NCBI GenBank assembly: GCA_947473395.1
Contig: CANJEC010000001.1
Location: 1-40,740 of the forward strand
Direction of reading: 5' to 3'
From: Actinomycetota bacterium
GTDB lineage: Bacteria > Actinomycetota > Acidimicrobiia > Acidimicrobiales > Microtrichaceae
Length of the DNA stretch: 40,740 bases
Of the stretch, positions 7,700-17,670 are shown piece after piece. The notes below the pieces were generated by a model. It was given only the letters and a program-made list of their open reading frames with translations. It did not search any database and had not been told where the DNA came from. How positions within the stretch are numbered: position 1 is the stretch's first letter; every line of letters starts with the position of its first letter. Position numbers and translations under genes: made by a program.

Positions 7700-10533
7700 C
7701 AGGATGGCGGAAGCACGAGGACGGAATCAGCGGCTGCGCCGATCGGACCAGCCTCAGTGGATAGTTCTTCGGGAGCTGGTACCTCGCTGCCTATCCCGCG
7801 ATGGCGCTTCAGAACCTGTGGCCAACGGAAATAGCTGATGCTTGCCTGATCACCATAAAAAATGTCGGCAATAAGCGGATCGACGTCGTACTCCCAAATC
7901 TGCTTCATTCGGGCATCATCAAGATGCGGCTTCATGAAATAGCTCGGACCAAGAAGGAGGTCTCCGTTACCCAGACGCTCCCGCAATTCGTCATTAACCA
8001 TTCCAACCAGTTCCGCCCACTGGGGGTCCACGCCGTTGCCTTCAAGGAATCGTCCAAGGACACCTTCCATTGGGCCCTCGTCAGGGAAAATGGGAACAAA
8101 GTGGAACCGTCTACGGAGTGCAGCGTCGAGCGTTGCGATCGATCGGTCCGCGGTGTTCATCGTTGCGATGATCCACAAGTTCTCCGGAAGCGAGAATCCG
8201 CTCGGGCGGTACAGCGAGGCAATCTCCTCCTCGCGATACTCGAGCAAGAACAACAGCTCTCCCAACACCTTCGGCACGTTGGCACGGTTCAGTTCGTCGA
8301 TCACCAGCACGTGGAGAGCGGGATCTTGAGCTGCGCGATCAGCCAAGTCTGCGAGTGGGCCTGAGGTGAGTTCATAGGTCACACCGCCCTCCGCCGTAGC
8401 AATCGGCCGATAACCCTCAAAGAAATCTTCGTAGGAGGTTGCTGGGTGAAACTGCACAAGGCGACTACGCGAGGGGTCTGTCACCAGCGCCTTGGATAGG
8501 GCGCGAGCAATAAATGTTTTGCCTGTACCCGGAGGCCCGAATAACACGATCTGTTTCTTCTCCTCAAGCAACTCTCGCAGCTCAGCAAAGAAAGACGTGT
8601 CCGGCAAGCAACATGCGAGTCGTGCCTCCTCAAGCGGATCAACCTCGGGTATTGCTTGGGGATTGTCGCGCAGCCAGTACGCGAACTGCCCTTGTCCCCA
8701 AGGATCTGAAGGCATCAGCGGCTCAAGCCGAGCACGGAGCAACTCGTTAGAGACCATCTGCAGCGTCCCCCTGCTGGCTTGGGGATCAGGCAACGACTCG
8801 CCCAGCGCCTCCAGAAGCCTGAGCTTTCCATTCTCACCGCGAACCGGAAACACCGGAATGATTTGCGCCGGGTGCACGATGGCGAGGAACTTCATCAGAA
8901 CCGACTCCCCTAGTCCCTTCATTCCAAAACGTTCGGGGTCAAGGCAGGCGTCGATTCGTTCTGTGACGGGCTCATCTCCCCACAGCAAAAACTGCAGGGC
9001 CTTGAGCAGCCTCGGAAACGCAGTGTCATCGTCGCGCAAAGTTGCGTTCAGAACGGCTTGTGGGCCTGGGGAACCGTATGCCCCCGACGAATAGATACGG
9101 CGAATCGTGGCTGAATCCTGAAGTGCTAACACGACTGGCCCGAGCAACACTGCCATCTGCTCGCGACTGCTGATCATTTTCACGGCCACTCCATCGGGGT
9201 AGCCCTGTTCAGCAACAAACTGTTGAAACCTTGCATGTAGCCAGTCCGGAGCGGGCCCATCGGGGCCTGTTCCCCCGTCGACTATCTCGCCAGAATCGTC
9301 GAACCCCACGACATGTCTAAGCGCAGCCTGTGTAGCTTCAGCAACGGCGACGATTTCATCCAGAAAGTCGACTCTTCCAATTGCTGAATCAGCTGGGAAC
9401 CATCGTCCCAGCAGGTATTCCCCATCACTCGCTATGTCGGGCGAGCCGCTATCTGTAACGCCACCGATCGGAAGGAACTCAAGCCCATCTAAGGCCAGCG
9501 CTTCTAGGTCCGGACGCATGATGGCAGACCAGCCGCGATCCCGCTGCCCGGGGTACATGCCGACGACTATGCCGTTCGCGTCGGCGACTACCTGGATTCC
9601 AGGCTTAGAAGCCCAAGAGGAATCCTCGATCTGCCACCTCACCCAGCAGTTGCCACGATAGTGGCCCGGCCTTGTTTGAACCTGCGGGACTAGTGACGAA
9701 AGGTTGAGGCCCGTTGCCTCGCCAATTCGTTGTTCTCCTGCGCGACCTAGGAGTAAGAAGTCAGATCGAATCGCCTGGACATTTGTGATCACGGCTCCAA
9801 CAGTGGCTTCGGGGTACTCATCAGCGAAAGCCATGTCGAACTCTGCGGCTCGAGCCAACCTGTCTGACAGCGAGACATCCAAACCAACCCAGGCGTGATC
9901 GTTAAACCATTGCAACACGTCTTCGACATCTGCCCACTGCCCGAGCCCAGTCGTGGCGTCGCGGAACGAAAGGTAATAGGTCGGCAGACCAGTGCTGCCA
10001 ACCCCTGCCTGCGAAAGCCAGCCCAGCTTGAGCAATGCTTCCTCTGCGCTTGCCCACATGCACGGCCAAGTAGATTGGTCCGAGACAGACCAAAAAAGCG
10101 ACAAAACGTACAGCGCGCGTTTGGGTGCCGGGTGGCGTCTTTCCTTAATTGTCTCGACATGAGCAATCATTGCGACGAGCTTTCGCATCGCCTCAGAATC
10201 GCTACTGGGGACCGCCAGTACATCCACAAGGAGTGCTGCTAACTCACTGCTATCCGGACTGAGTTTGACCAGTTGATTCAGGAACATCTGCCCGAATCCG
10301 CTAAACGAGTCGTAGCCCGGCCTACGACTCCAGCTATCTACTTCGGTCCGGAACGCGTCTACGTCTTCATCACGGGCGAGCCGCGCTAGAACTCCGAGTA
10401 CCTCGGTTTCACGTTCACGGCGATGCTCGTGCGCATCACGACGTCCCTCCACGTAGGGAGAGTCCTCCTGCATCGCTTCCTGAATCTGAGCAAATCGCCT
10501 ACGGCGAAACTCCAACTCGACTTCCTCAATCAT
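7699..10533 (-). CDS. mcrB: McrB-family AAA+ GTPase with about 630-aa N-terminal extension
   Basis: GPPGTGKT, VQFHPATSYEDFFEG, VIDELNRAN, TMNTADRS (NxxD), DAALRRRF. Confidence 0.92.
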   Translation of the reverse strand: MIEEVELEFRRRRFAQIQEAMQEDSPYVEGRRDAHEHRRERETEVLGVLARLARDEDVDAFRTEVDSWSRRPGYDSFSGFGQMFLNQLVKLSPDSSELAALLVDVLAVPSSDSEAMRKLVAMIAHVETIKERRHPAPKRALYVLSLFWSVSDQSTWPCMWASAEEALLKLGWLSQAGVGSTGLPTYYLSFRDATTGLGQWADVEDVLQWFNDHAWVGLDVSLSDRLARAAEFDMAFADEYPEATVGAVITNVQAIRSDFLLLGRAGEQRIGEATGLNLSSLVPQVQTRPGHYRGNCWVRWQIEDSSWASKPGIQVVADANGIVVGMYPGQRDRGWSAIMRPDLEALALDGLEFLPIGGVTDSGSPDIASDGEYLLGRWFPADSAIGRVDFLDEIVAVAEATQAALRHVVGFDDSGEIVDGGTGPDGPAPDWLHARFQQFVAEQGYPDGVAVKMISSREQMAVLLGPVVLALQDSATIRRIYSSGAYGSPGPQAVLNATLRDDDTAFPRLLKALQFLLWGDEPVTERIDACLDPERFGMKGLGESVLMKFLAIVHPAQIIPVFPVRGENGKLRLLEALGESLPDPQASRGTLQMVSNELLRARLEPLMPSDPWGQGQFAYWLRDNPQAIPEVDPLEEARLACCLPDTSFFAELRELLEEKKQIVLFGPPGTGKTFIARALSKALVTDPSRSRLVQFHPATSYEDFFEGYRPIATAEGGVTYELTSGPLADLADRAAQDPALHVLVIDELNRANVPKVLGELLFLLEYREEEIASLYRPSGFSLPENLWIIATMNTADRSIATLDAALRRRFHFVPIFPDEGPMEGVLGRFLEGNGVDPQWAELVGMVNDELRERLGNGDLLLGPSYFMKPHLDDARMKQIWEYDVDPLIADIFYGDQASISYFRWPQVLKRHRGIGSEVPAPEELSTEAGPIGAAADSVLVLPPS

Positions 10534-10614
10534 TTTGGGTCCTTGCTCATCGATTTGTGGAGCTGATTCAGTTAGGACAGCAGGCAGTCACTTCAAGAGT
10601 GCGTTACCTGCCGC

Positions 10615-11094
10615 TCAAGGTCCAAGCAACCTGTCGAACATTCTCGCTGTGGGTTCGGTGATCTCGCTCACCCCACGGAATGTCTGCTGTCCGATCTTGC
10701 CCTTTGCATTAAGCGCTGGGCTCTTGTGGTCGCCTTTGGCCCGAATAAAGACGATGTCCGACACGTTTGCCTTCGGCACTACCAAGTCGAACCGGTAGGG
10801 CTTCATCGAATCCTTGGTCGCAACAGCGTGCTCCTGCGCTTCCCAAGGCTCATAGCCAAGCAGCCTCTCAGCACGTGCGGCATCACAGATCTCTGCGACC
10901 TGAATTCGCCCAATGAGACATAAGTCATCCGCAGCGAACTGGATGATGTAGACGGTGTCCCCTGCTGTTACGCCCCGAGCAGTAAAAAGGTTGCTCGCTG
11001 TGTGATCAAGCCGATTCTTCATCTGAAGAGATTCAACTGCAGATCTCTCTCGATTCACGGTGCTCGTTAGCCAGCGCTGGGTGAAATATGCCAT
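10615..11094 (-). CDS. Hypothetical protein, candidate stand-alone PUA/EVE-like domain
   Basis: ATG 11094 behind GGAAGGG. Pattern FTQRW...HTASNLF..RGV.AGDTVYII...LIGRI.V...QTFRGVSEIT resembles PUA-superfamily domains of type IV restriction enzymes. Co-oriented directly upstream of mcrB. Confidence 0.6.
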   Translation of the reverse strand: MAYFTQRWLTSTVNRERSAVESLQMKNRLDHTASNLFTARGVTAGDTVYIIQFAADDLCLIGRIQVAEICDAARAERLLGYEPWEAQEHAVATKDSMKPYRFDLVVPKANVSDIVFIRAKGDHKSPALNAKGKIGQQTFRGVSEITEPTARMFDRLLGP

Positions 11095-11274
11095 GCCGAT
11101 CCCTTCCTGAACCAAGTGCAACAAGCGAGCATCGCTATCAGCTCACCCTTATCCCGGCTGGCATTCTATTCCAAGTTTACTCCTTCGGCTCCAAGCACCA
11201 GAGACGTGTAAGTTTGGATTGGGAGGGGTTTTGTGTGACCAAGCGGTCGGTCTAGATCGAAACAGCAGGGAGCG

Positions 11275-11727
11275 TTGACTTTGGCGCGCCAGGCAGAGCT
11301 TGCTGTCCTTTGCGCTGCGGTGCTGGACGGTGACCCTGACGCTCGATTGAAGGCGAAACGATTGCTTCGCGAGGGTCCACCGGAGCCGGAACGGCAGATG
11401 CTGCGTAACGCCCTCAAGGTCTCGCCATCCCTAACAGACGAGTCGCCCGTGGCCGCCACTAAGCCGGTCAAGTCCCAAAATGGATGGAAGGCTGCCGTCA
11501 AACCCAGGGTGATCACAGGTGTTCTTAAGCGAGTGGGTAATCACTGGGAGATCAAGGGAGAGCAGTTTGTAGCCATTGACCCAGCCAACGCTGATTCGGC
11601 TGAGGGTCACCCGGCCAAATGGAGAGTCAACAACACAGTCAGCGGGAAACGCGCCGAACTAATAGACCCTCCGAAAGACCCGCCGGAACTGCCTCGTGCT
11701 CCTGGCTCCTTTGGGTCACGGGGCTGA
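11275..11727 (+). CDS. Hypothetical protein
   Basis: 150-aa ORF with a GGGAG RBS, co-oriented upstream of the second McrB; no recognisable motif. Confidence 0.5.
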   Translation: MTLARQAELAVLCAAVLDGDPDARLKAKRLLREGPPEPERQMLRNALKVSPSLTDESPVAATKPVKSQNGWKAAVKPRVITGVLKRVGNHWEIKGEQFVAIDPANADSAEGHPAKWRVNNTVSGKRAELIDPPKDPPELPRAPGSFGSRG

Positions 11728-11895
11728 GGCGATTAGCGAGACTCACGGTTTCGATCAGCCTAGAAGGGGGGTTTCGTTTCTAGAGAGGGTCCCCTACTTG
11801 TTTGGTGAGGGAGATTGACGTTCACAGCGCTGCTAGCTTGGCGCTACTCCACTAGCGCGGACTTGCGGCGGGACGGAGCTAACTGGGGAGGAAGT

Positions 11896-13596
11896 TTGCC
11901 AAACCTTGTCGTCATTCAGCTGACCCCAGGGGTCATGACCGACAACCTTGAGCGGTCACTCGCCCAAGGCGGCAATCACCCTTGGGCGTTCAATAAATTC
12001 CTGCAGGCGATGGCAGCAATCGAGAACGATGTGTACGTCGCTTTCGTGTATCCAACAAGACCAGATGGAAAGCCTGTCGGACGGGACAGTGCCTATCCGC
12101 CAGATTCTGTGATCCACAGGGTGGTCCTTGGCAAAGTTGCCGTAGGGCAACAAGAAGTAGCAGCGCCGTTCTTTGAGGGATTCCCGTTTGAGTTCCGGTT
12201 TACGTTAGAAGCTGACGAAACCTACGACCCACCACTCAATCTGGACGATTCCAGCGAGTTCCTCAACGAGCGGATCGATAGCCTTGGTATGGACTCGGCG
12301 AAGTTCGTTGACGTGCTGAGCTACGGTCGATCCTCAAAAGTCGGCTACTTCTTCGACGGCGATGCACGCTTGACTCCGTGGATGAAGGAGACTGGATACA
12401 TTCCGTCTGATGGTGTCAAGCGGACGGGGCCTACGCCGAAGTCAGGTCCGTCGACCTCAACGCCACCGCTGACCGCCAATACTCCACTCGCCGATGCTGC
12501 TAGCGAGTTCGCCGCTGCTGTCGCAGACTCCGGATTGGTGTTCGCCGGCATCAACGAGCAACTCCCCCGGGCGTTTCTCGCCGGGGTTGTTGCTAAGCGA
12601 TTCGTCCTACTCACTGGCCTGTCTGGTTCGGGCAAAACCCAAATCGCCCGTTCGCTGGGTCAGTGGCTGGGCTCCGACGGCGACGGCGCACGACACCTGG
12701 TCGTGCCTGTACGAGCTGACTGGACGACACCAGATCAACTACTCGGGTTCGAAGACGCTCTGTTGCCGATGCGTCAGGGCAAGCGCGCTTGGTCGGTTCC
12801 ACCGGCCCTCGTGTTTATGCTTCGCGCTCACCGTTCGCCCAATGACCTGTTCCTGCTCGTACTGGATGAGATGAATCTGGCTCACGTCGAGCGGTACTTC
12901 GCCGACGTGCTCTCGGGCATGGAATCGGGAGAGCCGATTCTGCCAAATCTCGATTACATCGACGAGCATTGGTACCCGTCGGATGGTCAGCCGATGCTCG
13001 TCCCGCTACCGAGGAACCTCCTCGTAGTCGGCACAGTGAATGTCGACGAAACGACTTATCAGTTCTCCCCGAAAGTCTTGGACCGTTCATTCAGTTTTGA
13101 GTTCAGGGTTGACACTGACGAACTCGACGAATCTCTCGGCCAGCTAACTGCAACCTCGTCAGGTGAAGCGGATGCAGTTGCAGCTATAGCAAAAGTGGCA
13201 ATGGATGCCGACTGGCAACTCCAGAACCCGATGACCAACCAGGAGGCGCTCGAGGAACTACTGCTCGAACTGCACCGCCATCTGTCAGAAATCGGACTGG
13301 AGTTCGGACACCGAAGCTACCGCGAGGCTGTCCGAATGGCAGCCGTGTTGGAGGGCTGCGGTGTCAGCGGCGAAGAGACCATCATCGACATCGTGGTCAT
13401 GACCAAGGTTCTGCCACGAATCCACGGATCTAGACGCCAACTCGAACCGTTCCTGAAGTGGTTGCATGAAACGGCCATCGGTTCCGAACCCACTGGTTTC
13501 GAACCTGCTAAGCCGTTGTATCCGCTCGTGGCCCGCAAGACCCAGCGCATGCTTGCAAGCCTCGTAGCGAACCAGTACGCCGGCTTCGCCGAGTAG
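11896..13596 (+). CDS. mcrB: McrB-like AAA+ GTPase (NxD clade partnered with DUF2357)
   Basis: GLSGSGKT, VPVRADWT..DQLLG, VLDEMNLAHVERYFAD.LS..ES, GTVNVDETTYQFSPKVLDR, KVLPRIHG. Start placed at TTG 11896 behind GGGGAGGA (ORF track uses 11815). Confidence 0.88.
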   Translation: MPNLVVIQLTPGVMTDNLERSLAQGGNHPWAFNKFLQAMAAIENDVYVAFVYPTRPDGKPVGRDSAYPPDSVIHRVVLGKVAVGQQEVAAPFFEGFPFEFRFTLEADETYDPPLNLDDSSEFLNERIDSLGMDSAKFVDVLSYGRSSKVGYFFDGDARLTPWMKETGYIPSDGVKRTGPTPKSGPSTSTPPLTANTPLADAASEFAAAVADSGLVFAGINEQLPRAFLAGVVAKRFVLLTGLSGSGKTQIARSLGQWLGSDGDGARHLVVPVRADWTTPDQLLGFEDALLPMRQGKRAWSVPPALVFMLRAHRSPNDLFLLVLDEMNLAHVERYFADVLSGMESGEPILPNLDYIDEHWYPSDGQPMLVPLPRNLLVVGTVNVDETTYQFSPKVLDRSFSFEFRVDTDELDESLGQLTATSSGEADAVAAIAKVAMDADWQLQNPMTNQEALEELLLELHRHLSEIGLEFGHRSYREAVRMAAVLEGCGVSGEETIIDIVVMTKVLPRIHGSRRQLEPFLKWLHETAIGSEPTGFEPAKPLYPLVARKTQRMLASLVANQYAGFAE

Positions 13597-13604
13597 TTTC
13601 CGCG

Positions 13605-15791
13605 ATGTCTGCCCCCATGGTTGTGGTTGGTAGCGACCTCGGATCACGACTGCTGTTGTACCCGATACGTGCGGGAGACAACTCTTCACATGTGTCCGAG
13701 GGCGGAACGTACAAGTACCGGGTTGAGTTGCCCACTGAAGTGGTGAGGCTTGAGCCTTCTGAATGTTTCGAAGTCGACCCCGACAGCTATACGACGGGCC
13801 GCTTTCTTCCAAAGAACCACGTTGGGACGATCAGCGTGGTGGCGACTGGCGAGGATGGTGTCGAGGTCACTTTCGACGTTGAAGTGCATTCCGCAAAGCT
13901 GGAGTACGAAACTGAGTACCGATGGCTGCTCGAACAGGTCGCCGACCACGCAGCTGAGGCAGTCCTACAGGGGTTCGCTCCCTCATCCCGCCCCTTTACA
14001 CCGAACCCGGAAGAGCCCGGTGAACTTGCGTACAGATCGCTCGCCTTCCTCGCTGCCCGTTTTCGAGACCCCGCCTTCCATGCTGCGATCGCTCAGATAC
14101 TCAGATCGCCTCACCGTCGATGGGACGCCATTCCTGAGGTACGCCCACTAGCAACCGGGCTCCGCTCCGGCCCGGGGGTGGCACGGGCCTTGGTGCGACC
14201 CGGTCGACGTTCAAGCCCGACCCCTACTGCACTTGCGCACCTTCCCATTTCGGTGCTTCCCCACCGCGTCGAGACCCTCCGCAACGAAGTCACTTATGAC
14301 ACCAACCCCAACCGCTTCGTGCGGTTCGTCTTCCAGCATTGGCAGTCGCTCGCAACAAACCTTCGATACCAAATCCAAATGCGCAATACGGGCGCCGGGC
14401 CTCAAAGGCGCGGAATCGCCGAAGCTGACTGGATTATCGAGCGATGCGAGGAGGTGCTCTCTTCGCCACAGTTCGCAGAGGTCGGACAGATGCGAGTGTT
14501 CCCGCATGGCGATCCGGTCCTACTAGGTCAGGCTGGCTACCGTGAGATTTTGAGGACCTTCGCGTTGTCAGAGGCGAGCATGTCACTAGACGCGAGCCTT
14601 GAAGACGACATCTTCTCTGCAACGCAGCGCAATATCGCCACGCTGTACGAGTACTGGACGTTCCTCATGCTCGTCGACTGCATCAGTGAACTCTGCGGCA
14701 CCCAGCCCAAAGGAGTGCTCTTTTCACCGTCAGAGGCAGGACTCAGTCTGGTGCTTAAAGAAGGATCTGCCTCGAAGATGTCCTGGATCCATGAGCGTGC
14801 AGGCCGTCAAATATCGATCGACCTCTGGTTTAACCAGACCTTCCCGCGACGAGAGTCGGACGGTGCAGAGATCGCGTCCTGGGCAAGTTCAATTCGACCC
14901 GATGCGTCTCTGCGGATCCGACCGGAAACTGGCCGTCCCACCGCCGCCGCAGACCCTCACTTGGATACATGGATCCATTTCGATGCGAAGTTTCGGATGG
15001 ATGCAGAAAGCTCCCAAATTGCGGAAAAGGAGCCTAAGGAGACCGCTAAGCGGAGCGACCTGTTAAAAATGCACGCCTACCGGGATCTCATCCGACGCAG
15101 TGCTGGTGCGTATGTGCTGTATCCCGGAGCTGGCGAGCCTCATCGCCAACAAGAGTTTCACGAGGTGCTGCCCGGCATTGGTGCCTTCCCGTTACGACCA
15201 GGACCTAACGGGGTAGTTCAAGGACAAGACGCTCTTCGAGATTTCCTCAACGAGACACTTGACCTGACATCAAACCAGGCTTCCATCAACGAACGGCGGC
15301 GGTTTTGGGAACGTGAGCACACACGCCAAGACCCGCTCAAAGGGACTCGCTCCGTGCGGGCTGTCGATTTCTTGGCGACTCCTCCAGCAGACGAGCAGGT
15401 GCTGATTGGCTACGTCAGACCGGCACAACTTGAGTGGGTTCTTCGGAATCGCCGGTACAACTTGCGCGCTGACCTAAGGCGCGGTTCGGTTAGCAGCACC
15501 GACGCGTTACTCGCTGCGCCGTTGGTGCTGTTGTGGTCTCGGCGCGAGGACGGTGAGCCGTATCTAGTTCAACTCTTCGAACGCACGGGCCCTTGGCAAA
15601 TAGTTTCGGCCGCTGAACTGGCCGCTGAGGGCTACCCGACCGGGGGCGGAGCCTCGGTCTACCTTGTGTCTGCGATCAACCCCGTAACAGAGGTGGTCGA
15701 GTCGCTGGTACGACACGTGGACTCGCTGCCGCTTCCTGCGGATCATGCGCCTGCTTATTCGACATGGGCACAGGTGGCGAGCAGCCATTGA
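13605..15791 (+). CDS. DUF2357 + PD-(D/E)XK nuclease, McrC-like partner, with C-terminal extension
   Basis: TYDTNPNRFVRF, GYREI, IATLYEYWTFL, RPDASL, HFDAKFR, DLLKMHAYRDLIR...AYVLYPG, IGAFPLRP; starts 8 bp after the McrB-like gene. Confidence 0.88.
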   Translation: MSAPMVVVGSDLGSRLLLYPIRAGDNSSHVSEGGTYKYRVELPTEVVRLEPSECFEVDPDSYTTGRFLPKNHVGTISVVATGEDGVEVTFDVEVHSAKLEYETEYRWLLEQVADHAAEAVLQGFAPSSRPFTPNPEEPGELAYRSLAFLAARFRDPAFHAAIAQILRSPHRRWDAIPEVRPLATGLRSGPGVARALVRPGRRSSPTPTALAHLPISVLPHRVETLRNEVTYDTNPNRFVRFVFQHWQSLATNLRYQIQMRNTGAGPQRRGIAEADWIIERCEEVLSSPQFAEVGQMRVFPHGDPVLLGQAGYREILRTFALSEASMSLDASLEDDIFSATQRNIATLYEYWTFLMLVDCISELCGTQPKGVLFSPSEAGLSLVLKEGSASKMSWIHERAGRQISIDLWFNQTFPRRESDGAEIASWASSIRPDASLRIRPETGRPTAAADPHLDTWIHFDAKFRMDAESSQIAEKEPKETAKRSDLLKMHAYRDLIRRSAGAYVLYPGAGEPHRQQEFHEVLPGIGAFPLRPGPNGVVQGQDALRDFLNETLDLTSNQASINERRRFWEREHTRQDPLKGTRSVRAVDFLATPPADEQVLIGYVRPAQLEWVLRNRRYNLRADLRRGSVSSTDALLAAPLVLLWSRREDGEPYLVQLFERTGPWQIVSAAELAAEGYPTGGGASVYLVSAINPVTEVVESLVRHVDSLPLPADHAPAYSTWAQVASSH

Positions 15792-16067
15792 GTAGGCGGC
15801 TGGGGGTGTGACTAGCGAGCACCCGAGCCACACAACAGTGTTTTCACAAGCAGCAAGCTGAGTTACTTGTCATCCGAGGGGTCAAGTTCTCTGCAAGCTT
15901 CGACTAGTTCGTGTCAAGTGATAGTCGATGGCAAGGTCCCAATCCCCATCATTGAAGCCCACAGAGTCCAGACCTTCGCTCGGCACAGTGATTTGGCCTC
16001 GCCGCTTGCCTAGTCGTCTTGGCATAATGCGGTGCTCGCACATCAGCCGCAGGTGCGCCCTCGACAC

Positions 16068-17099
16068 TCAGTCCGACTCGTCGAAGAACTTCTTCCACTC
16101 CTCGCCGGAGACTAGCTGCCCGCTCACAACACGACTGACTAACTCGAGGGAGCGATTAGCGCTCTCCGCTGCGGCAGCGCTCACCTCTCGAAGGGATTCG
16201 AGGGCCTTCAAAGTCTCATTCGCCGCCTTCTGAGCCTTCTCAACGTGATTGTCCATCTTCTTTACGCGCCCTAAGTCGCGAACGATCCGCTTGACTACAA
16301 GTTCGATCCGACGGTGTTCGACTGCGCCGTCCCCAAGGAGTGCGATTGAGCGCGCCAACGAGTAAGCGAGAAACAGGTTCGACCAGTCATCGCGTGACAC
16401 ATCGATGATGGCAACAAACGCCGGAATTTCAGGGTTGAACCTGAGCCCATATTCCTTGTCGTGTATCGCCTTTACCGTCGCTGAAGAAGTGTTTTTGTCG
16501 AAGATGATGATTGAGACATCGGCCTGCCGGTTCACGAGGGCAGTCAGGTTCTGCCCGTAGGCTGTTTTCTCGGGCGCGTGGCTCGCTTTGCCGGCACCGT
16601 CCAGAGTCGTCGGGTCACCTACCAGTACCGATGCATCCATCTTGGACTCGATTACGACTCGCCTGTCGTATCCCACTAGGTCTACGACCAGGTCGCCTAC
16701 TTTCCGGCGCGGTAGAACGCCAACGCTCTCCCCCGTCAGGGTGACCTCGTCCTGCCACTTCTGCTCGTCGATGAATTCCTGCAACACGGTGGCTGCATCG
16801 CGTTCCACTGCAGTCCCCTTGGTTGTGGCCTTCTCCCTGAGTGTCCTTGTCTTGTAGAGCACCTTTAACTCCTCAAGACGCCCCTCCACCTCGTCCTCCA
16901 CCTTGCGGAAGAAGGCCGCAAGCCTCTCCTCTCGCCAGGCATAGGCGCCGACGACAAGGAACTTCTTGAAAGCATCCTCGTACTCGCTGGCCGGGATCTG
17001 GGAGAAGCACTCGTAAAGAAAGTCATCCTCAATCTCGTGAGAACCACCGAACAACACTCGATTAGGTTTCGTGCCCAATTCCACAAACGACTCAGCCAT
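16068..17099 (-). CDS. Hypothetical PD-(D/E)XK-like nuclease with coiled-coil segments
   Basis: KGTAVE...KVGDLVV...VVIESK fits E..D..ExK; helical heptad-like stretches flank it. ATG 17099 behind GGAGGAGG. Confidence 0.6.
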   Translation of the reverse strand: MAESFVELGTKPNRVLFGGSHEIEDDFLYECFSQIPASEYEDAFKKFLVVGAYAWREERLAAFFRKVEDEVEGRLEELKVLYKTRTLREKATTKGTAVERDAATVLQEFIDEQKWQDEVTLTGESVGVLPRRKVGDLVVDLVGYDRRVVIESKMDASVLVGDPTTLDGAGKASHAPEKTAYGQNLTALVNRQADVSIIIFDKNTSSATVKAIHDKEYGLRFNPEIPAFVAIIDVSRDDWSNLFLAYSLARSIALLGDGAVEHRRIELVVKRIVRDLGRVKKMDNHVEKAQKAANETLKALESLREVSAAAAESANRSLELVSRVVSGQLVSGEEWKKFFDESD

Positions 17100-17670
17100 G
17101 GGTCCCTCCTCCAACTCGGCAGACGAAGAGTCGGCAGCACTTAGCCGATCCATCCTGCACTTTCTCCCACAGCCTAGGCGCTGGCGTCGGCCAAATTGTC
17201 CGCCGACTAGGTGCGTCACTGGGCCCGTCCCACGCACATGTGTGCAGGTCCATCGTTTGGAGATGCCGTTGGCAGTCCGCTGCAATTTGCCACAAACTGA
17301 TGTTGTCAGGAGCCACTGCTAATTGAAAAACATCCACCTAGGCGCTGGCTGCTGCAGACGCTGCGAGACATGGTGGTAACACCTTTAAGGAGCACCCAGA
17401 AGCAGCCTCGCCTTGCCGACTGTCGTCCTGTGGCTCACCTTTCGTCTGATCTAGGATCTCTTTAGATCGACTCAGTTCCTGATGAGGAATGAGCATCTCG
17501 GTGGAGTGTCCATACTTCGTACGGTGCTGCCACCTATATCCATTTCTGAATCGACACAGGCGCTGATCGAGCTTCTTCAAAGCTCATCGAGATGTTCGTT
17601 CACAGCTCCTTCCTTGCCGGAACAAACTCTTCGTCACTAACGTACCCCACGGAGTTTGGAAAGGGTCTAC

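Noticed and set aside
17173-17349. 13-bp direct repeat CCTAGGCGCTGGC (17173-17185 and 17337-17349)
   Set aside because: Could be a target-site duplication or operator, but the 151 bp between show no terminal inverted repeats or coding remnant; insufficient support.
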